This document shows, in pieces, positions 63,816-64,000 of a stretch of DNA of 64,000 nt (the first letter of the stretch is position 1; the number at the start of each line of letters is the position of its first letter). Below the pieces are notes generated by a model. The model was not told the DNA's origin and ran no database searches. It saw only the letters and a list, made by a program, of their open reading frames with translations. The stretch lies in the NCBI RefSeq assembly GCF_001194135.2, contig NC_068991.1:72168400-72232399 (forward strand). Reading direction: 5' to 3'. A program made the translations under genes and the position numbers. The DNA comes from Octopus bimaculoides. Taxonomy: Eukaryota.

Positions 63816-63963
63816 TTTTGATGCATGTTAGGTGTTCTATTTGAAGGACAATTGTTAAAGTGTGCTGGTATTGTATTGTACTTTGGAATTTATGGAATGG
63901 TTAACCAACACACTTTGGTATTGCTTTGTTTAATGTCTTATGTGTGTGTGTGTTTATGTGTGT

Positions 63964-64000
<37 letters not shown>

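Noticed and set aside
1-64000. Long ORFs rich in Y/I/H/T/C/V/S/L or X in the supplied track (e.g. 23665-24195, 36451-36951, 50134-50955, 60509-60991)
   Set aside because: They are translations of microsatellites or N-gaps, not proteins.

Overview
This is AT-rich, microsatellite-laden animal DNA from a draft assembly with 8 N-gaps. The SINE families point to an octopus or other coleoid cephalopod, which is recognition from memory rather than a database result. I found no intact protein-coding gene. Most listed ORFs are artefacts of microsatellites, SINEs or N-runs, and the protein-like ones are decayed transposon fragments. The window holds several SINE families (my labels A, A2, B, C, C2, D, E; B is only SINE-like because no tRNA head is visible), RTE LINE fragments, a CRE-like non-LTR 3' end, an integrase-deleted GalEa-type Copia, a 977-bp solo LTR, and mariner, Tc2/pogo, hAT, MULE, Chapaev3 and piggyBac-type remnants or MITEs. 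The most unusual structure is a pair of ~325-bp inverted arms (~90% identical) at 28876-31159. They are flanked by a 5-bp direct repeat and enclose nested insertions. Other highlights are two minimal Penelope/retrozyme-type hammerhead ribozyme motifs (32.8 kb and 61.6 kb), a second fold-back element at 54.7 kb, in-window evidence of LINE-SINE tail sharing and module swapping, and a repeat-poor promoter-like island at about 19.9-23.7 kb. SINE and remnant boundaries are approximate (tens of bp) unless TSDs or TIRs are quoted.
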